DNA of 64,000 nucleotides from a virus. Below the pieces are notes generated by a model, which was not told where the DNA came from, searched no databases, and worked only from the letters and a program-made list of their open reading frames with translations. Below, piece by piece: positions 62,703 to 64,000 of the stretch; the first letter of the stretch is position 1; each line of letters starts with the position of its first letter. The position numbers and the translations under genes were made by a program. The DNA is taken from IMG/VR virus record IMGVR_UViG_3300045988_135716, positions 64,001 to 128,000 of that record; one strand, written 5' to 3'.

Positions 62703-64000
62703 ATGAATGAAGATGATATTTTACAGTTTAATATAATTGTATTAAGCGAAACGTATTATTCAGACGAAACAACATGGGGATGTTTTAATTTCTCTACAAA
62801 AGATGATATTCCATACTTTGTAGAAACATCTATATCATTTGATCCATTTAAAGAAAACCATTCAGATGAGAATGTAAAAGTAAGTAAGTTAGTAGGTAAA
62901 ATGCAACATCTAGTTGTTGGTGGAGAATATATAGTTAAAGCGCAATATAAGCGTGACAAAAAATATGGTGATCAGTACACTCCGATTGCAATTTATGCGG
63001 TTATTCCTCAAACGAGAGAAACACAATTACTATTTTTGAAATCAATGATTCCTATTACAATTGCAGAAAATCTTATAGACGCATATCCAAATGTCGTAAA
63101 TGATGTTGCGAATGGGACTTTAAAGGATATTGATTATAGCTTAGTAAAAGGAGTAAGAGAATTAACATGGAATAGAATTAAAGAAAAAATTATTAACAAT
63201 TATTTAATTTCGGATATTATTGTGATGTTAAAACCCTTAGGCGTAACATATGCAATGATAAAAAAGCTATTATCAGAAGAGCCTAACCCTGTATTGTTAA
63301 AACAAGAAATTGAAAAAAATCCGTGGATATTAACAAAAATTAACGGGCTAGGGTTCAAACGTGTCGATGACTTAGCATTGAGATTACATCCAGACAAAAT
63401 TGATTCTATAGATAGATTAGTTGCCTTTGTAAAATATTATTTTATAGAACTTGGAGAAAGTAATGGTCATACATGGTGTTCTGAATCTATTTTAAAGTCT
63501 GCAATTAGCAATAATGTTCCTGAATGTGTAGATGAAATAGATTGGTTATTAACTAATGATGAATTTTTATATATTGATAATGAACGTGTAGGACTAAAAT
63601 ATTATCATGATATTGAATTAAAAATATTTGATATTATAAAAAGAAAAGCTGATACATTGACTTTTGATGTTCCCCAAGATGTAGTTGACAATGCAATTAA
63701 TCAAGCCGAAGAGGAGCAAGGTTTTCAGTATACAACTGAACAAAATTATGTAATCAGACAATCACTTCAAAGAAGTGTTAGCTTTATTACAGGGAAAGCA
63801 GGTACGGGAAAATCGTCAATTATGAGAGGAATTATAAAAGCATATCAATTGGCGAATAAAAATATAGCAGCATCCGCTTTATCAGCAATGGCTTCACAAC
63901 GAATTACAGAAGCAACAGATTTTCCTGCCGCTACAATCCATAGAACATTAGGATGTGTTGGATTGAATAAGTTTACATTTAATAAAGATAATCATTTACT
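62703..64000 (+). CDS. RecD2-like SF1 helicase, 5' part (runs off the window)
   Basis: The frame is open from ATG 62703 to the window end. HhH-like INGLGFKRVDDLA, Walker A ITGKAGTGKSS, then AALSAMASQRITEATDFPAATIHRTLG, typical of RecD/AAA_30 helicases. Confidence 0.75.
   Translation, partial: MNEDDILQFNIIVLSETYYSDETTWGCFNFSTKDDIPYFVETSISFDPFKENHSDENVKVSKLVGKMQHLVVGGEYIVKAQYKRDKKYGDQYTPIAIYAVIPQTRETQLLFLKSMIPITIAENLIDAYPNVVNDVANGTLKDIDYSLVKGVRELTWNRIKEKIINNYLISDIIVMLKPLGVTYAMIKKLLSEEPNPVLLKQEIEKNPWILTKINGLGFKRVDDLALRLHPDKIDSIDRLVAFVKYYFIELGESNGHTWCSESILKSAISNNVPECVDEIDWLLTNDEFLYIDNERVGLKYYHDIELKIFDIIKRKADTLTFDVPQDVVDNAINQAEEEQGFQYTTEQNYVIRQSLQRSVSFITGKAGTGKSSIMRGIIKAYQLANKNIAASALSAMASQRITEATDFPAATIHRTLGCVGLNKFTFNKDNHL

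Noticed and set aside
1-64000. Systematic annotation of rho-independent terminators
   Set aside because: Almost no GC-rich stem followed by a T-tract exists in the gaps. Only two weak hairpins (52863-52884, 54104-54132) were seen, consistent with long polycistronic transcription. Confident terminators were therefore not called.

Overview
AT-rich (roughly 30% GC by eye, not computed), very tightly packed and almost entirely plus-strand gene array. It looks like the early / accessory / replication arm of a large dsDNA phage or prophage of a low-GC Firmicutes-type host: the SD sequences are AAGGAGGTGA-like. No capsid, tail, terminase, lysis or integrase genes lie in this window. The 3' third (51.7-64 kb) is a replication module ordered as SSB-like protein, AAA_24/Sak4-like ATPase, DnaB-like helicase, TOPRIM primase, RecJ-like DHH exonuclease, DnaE-type Pol III alpha, then RecD-like helicase. 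From memory, this order resembles the yorG-yorL block of SPbeta-like phages. The rest is about 110 small ORFs, mostly unknown. Recognisable genes among them are two HNH endonucleases, two adjacent C5-cytosine methyltransferases, a frameshifted SNF2-type helicase with an N4/N6 methyltransferase, two DUF262/ParB-like proteins, an XRE repressor divergent from a MazF/EndoA-like toxin, YopX, DUF551, DUF1653, a DUF2829 (Tad2-like) protein and two radical-SAM proteins. The strongest candidate for a novel system is at 7.8-9.8 kb. There, a 3-repeat type II-like mini-CRISPR array ends in a fused anti-repeat / omega-RNA-like leader and is followed by a 517-aa IscB-like (PLMP-RuvC-bridge helix-HNH-RuvC) nuclease, with no cas1/cas2 in the window. 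The second candidate is an operon at 27.8-34.2 kb encoding a vWA protein, a short PurA/PurZ-like adenylosuccinate synthetase homologue, two ETNSSS-motif paralogues, a radical-SAM enzyme and a Thg1-like 3'-5' nucleotidyltransferase. Also noted are a dispersed 16-nt palindrome family upstream of SD sites, several SD-ATA (non-canonical start) configurations, two apparent -1 frameshifts, one in-frame TGA and a D-arm-less tRNA-like element. All domain calls rest on motifs read by eye; no database search was run.
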